DNA of 64,000 nucleotides, taken from Mobula hypostoma (Eukaryota). Numbering within the stretch: position 1 is the first letter of the stretch; the number at the start of each line of letters is the position of its first letter. This document shows positions 24,357 to 33,777 of the stretch, one piece after another. The stretch is taken from positions 4,464,001 through 4,528,000 of the forward strand of contig NC_086104.1 in NCBI RefSeq assembly GCF_963921235.1, written 5' to 3'. The notes under the pieces were generated by a model. The model did no database searches, was not told where the DNA came from, and saw nothing but the letters and a program-made list of their open reading frames with translations. The translations under genes and the position numbers were made by a program.

Positions 24357-25060
24357 AGCAGGAGAATATCAGGATAGAGTATGTACAGTGGGTGAAATGT
24401 GGATAAAACCGGAGGAGATGAGCAATGATCAGATGGTGCAGCAAGTTATTGCACAGAACTCGCGGGCATCTGCAAGGCACAAGCATAACTGTGGAAAGAT
24501 GTCTGGCAGTGTGTGCATACAAGGTCCAGGCCCCAAACCCCAAAAGCAATATAGGTTTCCAAAAAAAAAAGCAGAGAAAGATGTCGGTAAGGTAATACAG
24601 TGTCTGGTACAACAAGGGGTACTGAGGCCAGTAGCCTCCACTAACAACTCACCCATGTGGCCAGTGAGGAAACCAGATGGTAGTTAGAGACTGACAATAG
24701 ACTATTGAGAGCTGAATGAAGTAAGTCCGTTAACAGCCCCAACTGTAGTAACTTGCCGGGAGACGGTGGTCAAACAGAATGAAAGAGCACAATGGTTCAC
24801 AGTTTTAGATGTAAATAATGGACTTTGGTCTATCCCACTAGAACGACAGTGTCAATACAAATTTGCATTTAACTTTCTGGATCAGCAGTATACATGGACT
24901 GCCCTACAACGGGGTCCCATATTTCCCCATCTATATTTCACCAACGCTTAGGTAAAGGGTTTTCAAAACCCGAGTGCTTGGTACAATATGCAGACTGAAA
25001 CCAAGCAGGAACACTATCAGCTATTGACAGAACTGCTGCAATCATTGGAAGTTGTCACAG
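24357..25060 (+). pseudogene. pol: Retroviral pol (RT N-terminal) remnant, class III/spuma-related appearance
   Basis: KQYRFP..QQGVLRP..NSPMWPVRKPDGS*RLTIDY*ELN..LDVNNGLWSIPL..FAFNFLDQQYTWT; stops and frameshifts. Confidence 0.85.
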
Positions 25061-25190
25061 GTAGATAGGGTCAGAAAGAAAACTTTTGGCTCATTGGTAT
25101 TCATAAATCAAAGTACTGAGTACAGGAGATGGAATGTTATGTTGAAGTTGTATACAATGTCGCTGAACGTAATTTGGAGTATTGTACATT

Positions 25191-25406
25191 CGAGGGGTGA
25201 TTGATAAGTTCGTGGCCTAAGGTAGAAGGAGACCATTTTAGAAAACCTATCAATTTTCAATGATCTGAAACAGAAATACCACAAAAGTTATTAACTTCAA
25301 ACTTTCTGCATAATCACTCAAAGAGTTGAATTGCACATGTATGTAACGAGAGCTGTATAACAGAACTCCTTCTACCGCAGGCCACAAACTTATCAATCAC
25401 CCCTCG
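25191..25406. mobile_element. Mariner-type MITE
   Basis: About 40-bp TIRs cgaggggtgattgataagtt(c/t)gtggcct..ggtagaaggag at both ends; TA at 25407-25408; inserted in a CR1 3' fragment. Confidence 0.85.
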
Positions 25407-25409
25407 TAG

Positions 25410-25900
25410 TTTTGGAAAGACGTAAATAAGGTTGAAAGAGTACAGAGAAGATTTTCAAGGATGACATCAGAACTAGAGGATTTGAGCTCTAAGGAAAGAT
25501 TTAAGAGGTTACATCTTCATTCCTTAGAATGTAGAAAATTGAGGGGAGATTTGATGGAGAGATACAAAATTGTGGGGGGGGGGTTAGATAGGGTAAATGT
25601 AAACAGGCTTCTTCCACTGAGGTTGGGTAGAAATACCACTGGATGACATGGATTGAGGGTGAAGGTGAAAAGTTTAAGTGGAACGTGAAGGAAATCTTCT
25701 TCACTCAGAAGGTGGTGAGAGTGTGGAACGAGCTGCCAGCACAAGTGGTGCATGCAAGCTTGATCCGAAAGTTTACGAGAAGTTTGGATAGGTACGTGGA
25801 TGATCAGGGTATGGAAGTCTCAGTGCCGGTCAATGGGAATAAGCAGCTTAAATCGTTCAACACAGACTCGATGGACTGAAGGGACTACTGTACTTTACTG
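25410..25900 (+). mobile_element. CR1 3' fragment
   Basis: SLECRKLRGDLME..FFTQKVVRVWNELP. Confidence 0.8.
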
Positions 25901-26364
25901 TGACTCGATGACTCTAATAGTGTCCTTTCTACCATTAATTATATTCTCTTACTTACTTTGAATTTAATGGCCAGTCTATTTCTTTTACACACATCATTTT
26001 ATCCTCTTCTCCCGTCCACGTGTTCTGACTGTTTTTCTGATTGGTAACATCGTCCAGTTCTGACAACTCACACCCACAGGGTGAGCTCTTAGTAAATTGG
26101 TTTATTATTGTCACATGTACTGAGATATAGAGAAAAACCTGTTCATCCACAAAATGACTTGCCAAGATTTTCTATATTATTCCAGAGTACTTGTCCTTTT
26201 CCTCTTTTCCACTTCCCAACTGTTCCCAGTTTACACTCCAGGGAAAACCATCCGACTCTCTGTTCTACTGGGGACATTACAGAACCCCCTGTGTCTGACA
26301 GTCATCGTGTGAAGGTTGAATACTGAGATGCTGTTATTGTCGGTGTGAACTGACGTTGACTTAC

Positions 26365-26712
26365 CAGTTACATTGAGCTGTGTTCCTCCTCCGTAGATGT
26401 AACTCCACACACTGCAGTTGTACACTGCAGTGTCACTAATAGATGTGTTACTGATGGTCAGAATGTAACTGTTACTCACGACATTCCTGTAAGACTGAAA
26501 ACGGTCAGAGATACACCCAGACCTGCTCACAGAGTCATTCACAAAGTGACTCAACGCCCACTCGCTCTTGTTCCCCGGCCGCTGGTGGTACCACTGGACA
26601 TCGGTGACAGTCACACTGGCATTATACAAGGCACAGTGGAGCTGGACAGTTACACCCTCCGGCACCTTGCTGATTGGTGGATCCTGCACAAGGACGGGAT
26701 CATCCGCGGGAT
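26365..26712 (-). CDS. Germline-joined VJ-type Ig V-domain exon (VJ-B)
   Basis: Acceptor ccaacacacag|AT at 26712 and donor G|GTAAGT at 26365; 348 nt, phase 1-1, open frame. Reads PADDPVLVQDPP..VQLHC..VQWYHQRPG..RFQSYRN..DTAVYNCSVWSYIYGGGTQLNVT. Confidence 0.9.
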
Positions 26713-26844
26713 CTGTGTGTTGGATATGTAGACATTAATGTATATTTATGGAGCTCAATACAAGGCAGTGTATTTCCCCAGCATTTAACAATTTCTAATA
26801 TTTAAATAAATGTTAACCACAAGAATAATTTACAGCCCCTTTAC

Positions 26845-26901
26845 TGAAGTCAGTGATATCTGGCTGGTTCTGATGTTCTGGCTGCCCTACGGTCATGGGG
26901 T
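26845..26901 (-). CDS. Possible short linker exon between VJ-A and VJ-B
   Basis: ctgtaacag|AC...TTCA|GTAAAG; 57 nt, phase 1-1, open (PMTVGQPEHQNQPDITDF). Donor is weak and no homology is recognised. Confidence 0.25.
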
Positions 26902-26929
26902 CTGTTACAGTTTGGAGAGAGTTCTGAAG

Positions 26930-27900
26930 ATCATGTGGCATCGGTTGATAATATTTTTCCCTTTATCCCTGATCGGTCCTACCCTCAGTCTAGTCATTCT
27001 CCTGTTCTTCAGGTATGTGTAGAATGCCTTGAGGATTTCCTTATTCCTACTCCCCAAGGCTCCTTCCAGCTCTCCCAAGTCAAGTTGAGTCAAGTCAAGT
27101 CGCATTTAATTGTCATTTCAACTATAAACTGCTGGTACCGTACACAGTAAAAATGAAACAATGTTCCTCCAGGACCATGGTACTACATGGAACAACACAA
27201 AACTACACTAGACTAAGTAAACCGACACAAGGCTACACTAGATTACGTAAGACAACACAAAAACTACACTAGACTGCAGACCTACACAGGACTACATGAA
27301 GTACACAAAACAATGCAGGGTGAATAAATAATAAACACGACAAGAGGCACATGATAATAAATGATGTAGATGTCAGTCTACTCTCTGGGTATTAAGGAGT
27401 CTGATGGCATGGGGGAAGAAACTGTTGCACAGCTGTCATGAGATGCAAATGCTTCGATACCTTTTGCCAGATGGCAGGAGGGAGAAAAGTTTGTATGAGG
27501 GGTGCGTGGTGTCCCTCACAGTGCTGTTGGCTTTACGGGTGCGGCGTGTATTGTAAATGTCTGAAATGGCGGGAAGAGAGAACCTAATGATCTTCTCAGC
27601 TGACCTCACTATCCACTGCAGAGTCTTGCTATCTGAGACAGTGCAATTCCCGAACCAGGCAGTGATGCTTCTCCCAACCAAAGATTCTTCCTTATAACTC
27701 TCAAGAGCCCCGTCTGATGTTTTACTTCATAAATGTTAAGTGTACTTCCTTCTTCCTCTTCACCAGATGTTCCACTTCTCTTGTCAACCATGGTTCCTTC
27801 ACCCTCCCTTCCTTTCCCTGACTCAAGGGGACAAAGCTATCCAGAACTCCATGGAAGTGGTCCCTAAACAACTTCCACATTTCTGTTCAGTGAGTGGTAG
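26930..27900 (-). mobile_element. CR1 linker fragment interrupted by a Rex1/Babar 3' end (about 27065-27680)
   Basis: CR1 KAFYTYLKNRRMTRLRVGPIRD at 26935-27050 and EPW-like region at 27680-27900; Rex1 ITAWFGNC..LFSLLPSGKRYRS at 27436-27681. Confidence 0.75.
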
Positions 27901-28176
27901 AATTAACAATGTTTGAATGAGGAGGGAGAATTAACACAAAAACAGAAGAAAAATGAGTAGGAGTCGGCCATCTGGCCCACCGAACCCGCTCATCCATTCA
28001 ATAATATCATGGCTGATCTGGCCATGGACTCATCTCCACCTACCTGCTATTTCCCCATAACCCTTAATTCCCACTATGCAAAAATCTATCCAACCCTGTC
28101 TTAAATTAATTTGGTTCATCTAAATCCTTCACCAGTCAAGACTTTTAGTCAGGCACCTTTGTACAGTGCTGAGCTG

Positions 28177-28203
28177 TAATAATAATAATAATAATAATAA
28201 TAA
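28177..28203. repeat. (TAA)9 microsatellite
   Basis: Nine consecutive TAA units. Confidence 0.95.
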
Positions 28204-28959
28204 CTTATTCATTGAGCACTCTTCATACAGACAGTGTTTTTCAAAGTGCTTTAAAAAGAGTGAAAGGGCAAACATGAAAATAAAATGAAAAAATAGAAAT
28301 AAACATGAAAATTAAAGACAAAAAGATACACGTAGCCCAGAGAATGTCACCATGATTCTCTGACACCATCTTGCATCCAAGACCAAGTTGGTGCTGTCTT
28401 TCATTGATTCTACAATGGTGATTATTCTGTTGTGGACTTATGGAGTATGCCCGCAAGAAAATGAATCGCAGGGTTGAATATGGTGACATATATGGACTTT
28501 GAAAATAAATTTACTTTGTTTGATCTTTGAAAATATGTTAATTGTGAAATAAATAGTGGCAGTTAAAAGTGTAACTGATTCTACATCCCTTATTGTTTTA
28601 GGTTTTGAATTCCACAGTTTCGGAGCTTTTGGAAGAGATGGTTGAGATTTAAGAGAGCCTCATCTATGACTCTGGACACTGAACAGCTTCTCCCTTTCTC
28701 TCCTGTGATAACACACTCCACATTGACATTTATTTTCAAATATCCAACTGGACACACAGAGCAGACGATCAGTCACCATGTTGGTGCTCCCCACCCATGA
28801 GTTAGGGGCCACAGTGCTCTGGATCGTGTCCCAGTGATGGGGCTCCAGTATTACACTGTGTGTTCTTCAGTACAATGTGCCCAGCCACGGGAAGTGAGTG
28901 GTGGTGGAATAACTCCCAATGCAGGAACACACTGCTGAATAAATAGAACTTGTACTCAC

Positions 28960-29313
28960 TGGTTACGATGAGTTGGGCGCCGTTCCCGTTGATGTCTCCC
29001 CACACTCTGCAGTAATAGACGGCAGAATCATTGTGCACCACGTCTGTGACTGTCAGGGTGAAGCTGCTGTTGGACGTGTCTCTGTAGGACTGGAACCTCT
29101 CACTCAAACGGTATTCCTTCTCTGTGCTGCTTCTTGCCCTGAGCATAGAAACCAACTCCATGGTCTTCATGTTCTGCCCAGGTAGTTTCCGATACCAGTG
29201 GAGGTCAGTGTCTTCTGGTCTGATATTGCTGATGGTACAGCAAAACCACGCCTTGTGACCCTCAGTGACACGCTGTATGCTCGGGGACTGGATAAGGACA
29301 GGTTTGTCTGCAC
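28960..29313 (-). CDS. Germline-joined VJ-type Ig V-domain exon (VJ-A) of a non-rearranging antigen-receptor-like membrane protein
   Basis: Acceptor tattctcccttacag|GT at 29313 and donor A|GTGAGT at 28960; 354 nt, phase 1-1, open frame. Reads ADKPVLIQSP..WFCC..LHWYRKLPG..RFQSYRDTSNSSFTLTV..DSAVYYCRVWGDINGNGAQLIVT, with B-strand Cys, C-strand Trp, D-x-A-x-YYC and a J-like G-x-G-x-x-L-x-V in one exon. Confidence 0.9.
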
Positions 29314-29741
29314 CTGTAAGGGAGAATATCGTCACTTCAACCCCAGCTTGAAGCAGACATCTTCTGTTACATGACCTCTAGTGAAAGTACAAACACTTTA
29401 TTGCTTCTGATATTAATATTATGTTGCAGCTGTTCCCGAGTTTACAGAGTTCAGGCCAGACCAATGTTGGGTGATAAATATGTGCTTCAGGTAATCACCA
29501 CCCACTTCGAATTGAACGTGGAACAGTACGGAACTGGACAGGACATCTGGCCTTGATGTTGTGATGACCTTGATGCTTATTTATGTTAAATATCCTCCTC
29601 CACTCATATCGTTATATTATCATATCACCATATCATTCATATCGCTCCATTCCCTTTTTTATTCACGTGTCTATCTAAAATCCTCTTAAAGTCAAACAAA
29701 CTACCTGCTTCACTACTACCCAGTAATCTATTCCAGGCAGA

Positions 29742-30075
29742 TAGAGTAGATTCTGGTTAATTGGGCCATCAGTTAATCAGGGAACTGCTCATTTGGGACA
29801 TCTGATGAATAACAAAAACGAGTTGAGAAAATAGCCAGGATTCACTTTGTTTATTTGGGACACTATGTCTCTTAATTGGGACAGGAGGCTGTTACTGCAC
29901 AGTTTCTAACGAGTGTCTGTAGTGTGCACATGTAAGGCTGTTACACAACTCTGCTTTGAGTGAATAGTTTTTAAATACCATCAAAGCACATGCTCTTGTT
30001 CAAAAAGCAGTGATTTTGTCATTGATAGTTGATGAAAAATAAGCAGTAAGACAATTCAGAAATGTTTTGCTCATT
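29742..30075 (+). mobile_element. Possible Tigger/pogo-like non-autonomous element, left part
   Basis: ta|gagtagattctggttaattggg resembles a Tigger-type terminus; no matching right TIR found. Confidence 0.3.
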
Positions 30076-31394
30076 GCCTATGTACACTACATATAAACTC
30101 GCCCCTCACTTGAGCTTTAAACTGTCCCCTGCTCTAAACCTATAATCATGTCTGGTGCTTGACATTTCTATCATGAGGAAGAACAACCCGAGATTGACCA
30201 AGCTGTCCTTGTATTTCATTCCCTCTAATCCAGGCAGTATCCCAGTGAACCTCGTCTGCAGTCTTTCCACAGTCTTCGCATCCTCTCTACACCAGGGTAA
30301 TGGGAACTGTATGCAATACTCCAGGTGGATCCGTCTAAAGATTTATACATCTGCAACATGACTTGGAGTCATGGAGCACAACAGCACCGGAGCCGCCAGC
30401 CTATTCAACCTTTCCCTATACTTCAGTCCTCGTGTCCTGGCAACATGCGTGTAAATTTTTTCTGCACCTTTCAGCCTTATTATCTTTCCTGTGGAGAGGT
30501 GACCAGAACTGCACACAATATTCAGTCAAAGGATGCAATACTGAGGCTGTATAGGACATTGGTCAAACTGCTCTCACACCTTACTTCAGTGGTTGTTCTG
30601 TTTATGGAGAAGATCCTGAGAGGCAGGATTTATGTACGTTTGGAGAGGTATAATATGATTAGGAACAGTCAACATGGCTTTGTCAAGGGCAGGTTGTGCC
30701 TTACGAGCCTGATTGAATTTTTTGAGGATGTGACTAAACACATTGATGAAGGAAGAGCAGTAGATGTAGTGCATATGGATTTCAGCAAGGCATTTGATAA
30801 GGTAGCCCATGCAAGGCTTATTGAGAAATTAAGGAGGCATGGGATCCAAGGGGACATTGCTTTGTGGATCCAGAACTGGCTTGCCCACAGAAGGCAACGA
30901 GCGGTTGTAGATGGGTCATATTCTGCATGGAAGTCGGTGACCAGTGGAGTGCCTCAGGGATCTGTTCTGGGACCTTTACTCTTCGTGATTTTTACAATTG
31001 ACCTGGATGAGGAAGTGGAGGGATGGGTTAGTAAGTTTGCTGATGACATAAAGGTTGGGGGTGTTATGGATGGTATGGAGGGCTGTCAGAGGTTACAGCG
31101 GGACATTGATAGGATGCAAAACTCGGCTGAGAAGTGGCAGATGGAGGTCAACCCAGATAACTGTGAGGTAGTTCATTTTGGTAAGTCAAATTTGATGGCA
31201 AAATATAGAATTAATGGTAAGACTCTTGGCAGTGTGGAGGATCAGAGGGAATCTTGGGGTCTGAGTCTATAGGATGCTCAAAGCAGCTGCGCAGGTTGAC
31301 TCTGTGGTTAAGAAGGCATACGGTGTATAGGCCTTCATCAATCATGAAATTCAATTTAGGAGCCAAAATGTAATGTTGCAGCTACTGTATATAA

Positions 31395-32580
31395 ACACAG
31401 AAACATAGAAAATAGGTGCAGGAGTAGGCCATTCGGCCCTTCGAGCCTACACCGCCATTCAGTACGATCATGGCTGATCATCTAACTCAGAACCCCGTAC
31501 CTGCCTTCTCTCCATATCCCCTGATCACTTTAGCCACAAGGGCCATATCTAACTCCCTCTTAAATATAGCCGATGAACTGGCCTCAACTGTTTCCTGTGG
31601 CAGAAAATTCCACAGATTCACCACTCTCTGTGTGAAGAAGTTTTTCCTCATCTCGGTCCTAAAAGGCTTCCCCTTTAACCTAAAACTGTGACCCCTCGTT
31701 CTGGACTTCCCCAACATCGGGAACAATCTTCCTGCATCTAGCCTGTCCAATCCCTTTAGGATTTTCTACGTTTCAATCAGATCCCTCCTCAATCTTCTAA
31801 ATTCCAGGGAGTATAAGCCCAGTCGATCCAGTCTTTCATCATATGAAAGTCCTGCCATCCCAAGAATTAATCTGGTGAACCTTCTTTGTACTCCCTCTAT
31901 GGTAAGAATGTCTTTCCTCAGATTAGGGGACCAAAACTGCACACAATACTCCAGGTGTGGTCTCACCAAGGCCTTGTACAACTGCAGTAGTACCGCCTTG
32001 CTCCTGTACTCGAATCCCCTTGCTACGAATGCCAGCATACCATTCGCCTTTTTCACCGCCTGCTGTACCTGCATGCCCACTTTCAATGACTGGTGTATAA
32101 TGACACCCAGGTCTTGTTGCACCTCCCCTTTTCCTAATCAACCACCATTCAGATAATAATCTGTTTTCCTGTTTTTGCCACCAAAGTGGATAACCTCACA
32201 TTTATCCACATTAAATTGCATCTGCCATGAATTTTCCCACTCACCTAACTTATCCAAGTCACCCTGCATCCTCTTAGCATCCTCCTCACAGCTAACACTG
32301 CCGCCCAGCTTTGTGTCATCCGCAAACTTGGAGATGCTGCATTTAATTCCCTCATCTAAGTCATTAATATATATTGTAAACAACTGGGGTCCCAGCACTG
32401 AGCCTTGCGGTACCCCACTAGTCACTGCCTGCCATTCTGAAAACGTCCCATTTATTCCCACTCTTTGCTTCCTGTCTGCCAACCAATTCTCTATCCACAT
32501 CAATACTATACCCCCAATACCATGTGCTTTAAGTTTGCACACTGATCTCCTGTGTGGGACCATGTCGAAAACCATTTGAA
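31395..32580 (-). mobile_element. CR1 (tttctatg-tail subfamily), 5'-truncated, nested
   Basis: ORFs 32138-32575, 31766-32122 and 31487-31750; tail at 31395-31415. Confidence 0.9.
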
Positions 32581-32861
32581 ATAGGACCCTGGTCAGACCC
32601 CACTTGGGGTACTGTGCTCAGTCCTGGTCGCCTCACTACAGGAAGGATGTGGAAACCATAGAAAGGGCGAAGGGTGCAGAGGAGATTTTCAAGGATGTTG
32701 CCTGGATTGGGGAGAATGCCCTATGAAAACAGATTGATTGAACTCGGCTCTTTCTCCTTGGAGTGACAGAGGATGAGAGGTGACCTGATAGAGGTGTGTA
32801 AGATGATGAGAGGCATTGATCGTGTGGATATACAGAGGCTTTATACCAGGGCTGAAATATA

Positions 32862-33777
32862 TAAACATAGAAACATAGAAAATAGGTGCAGGAGTAGGCC
32901 ATTCGGCCCTTCGAGCCTGCACCGCCATTTATTATGATCATGGCTGATCATCCAACTCAGAACCCCGCCCCAGCCTTCCCTCCATACCCCCTGACCCCTG
33001 CAGCCACAAGGGCCATATCTAACTCCCTCTTAAACATAGCCAATGAACTGGCCTCAACTGTTTCCTGTGGCAGAGAATTCCACAGATTCACCACTCTCTG
33101 TGCCAAGAAGTTTTTCCTAATCTCGGTCCTAAAAGGCTTCCCCTCTATCCTCAAACTGTGACCCCTCGTTCTGGACTTCCCCAACATCAGGAACAATCTT
33201 CCTGCATCTAGCCTGTCCAATCCCTTTAGGATCTTATACATTTCAATCAGATCCCCCCTCAATCTTCTAAATTCCAACGAGTACAAGCCCAGTTCATCCA
33301 GTCTTTCTTCATATGAAAGTCCTGCCATCCCAGGAATCAATCTGGTGAACCTTCTTTGTACTCCCTCTATGGCAAAGATGTCTTTCCTCAGATTAGGGGA
33401 CCAAAACTGCACACAATACTCCAGGTGTGGTCTCACCAAGGCCTTGTACAACTGCAGTAGTACCTCCCTGCTCCTGTACTCGAATCCTCTCGCTAGAAAT
33501 GCCAGCATACCATTCATCTTTTTCACCGCCTGCTGTACCTGCATGCCCACTTTCAATGACTGGTGTATAATGACACCCAGGTCTCGTTGCACCTCCCCTT
33601 TTCCTAATCGGCCACCATTCAGATAATAATCTGTTTTCCTATTTTTGCCACCAAAGTGGATAACTTCACATTTATCCACATTAAATTGCATCTGCCATGA
33701 GTTTGCCCACTCACCCAACCTATCCAAGTCACCCTGCATCCTCTTAGCATCCTCCTCACTGCTAACACTGCCACCCA
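32862..33777 (-). mobile_element. CR1 (tttctatg-tail subfamily), 5'-truncated, nested
   Basis: Open 279-aa frame 32957-33796; tail at 32862-32885. Confidence 0.9.

Noticed and set aside
25957-26059. Possible exon after VJ-B with a perfect GTAAGT donor
   Set aside because: The only open frame is phase 1-2, incompatible with the downstream exons; the other frames have stops.
26400-26418. CAGTGTG at the VJ-B CDR3 as a residual RSS heptamer
   Set aside because: It is simply the codons TGC AGT GTG; no nonamer at 12 or 23 spacing was seen.
26810-26900. Plus-strand IWLVLMFWLPYG resembling an Ig leader
   Set aside because: Wrong strand for the VJ exons, no nearby ATG and no plus-strand V downstream.
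20981-29335. Rearranging TCR-gamma or Ig light-chain locus
   Set aside because: V and J are in one exon with no intervening heptamer/nonamer, no C1 exon was found, and a TM/ITAM module follows directly.
29371-29556. Plus-strand ORF with a signal-peptide-like LLLLILILCC
   Set aside because: Antisense to the locus, AT-rich, and runs into a CR1 tail.
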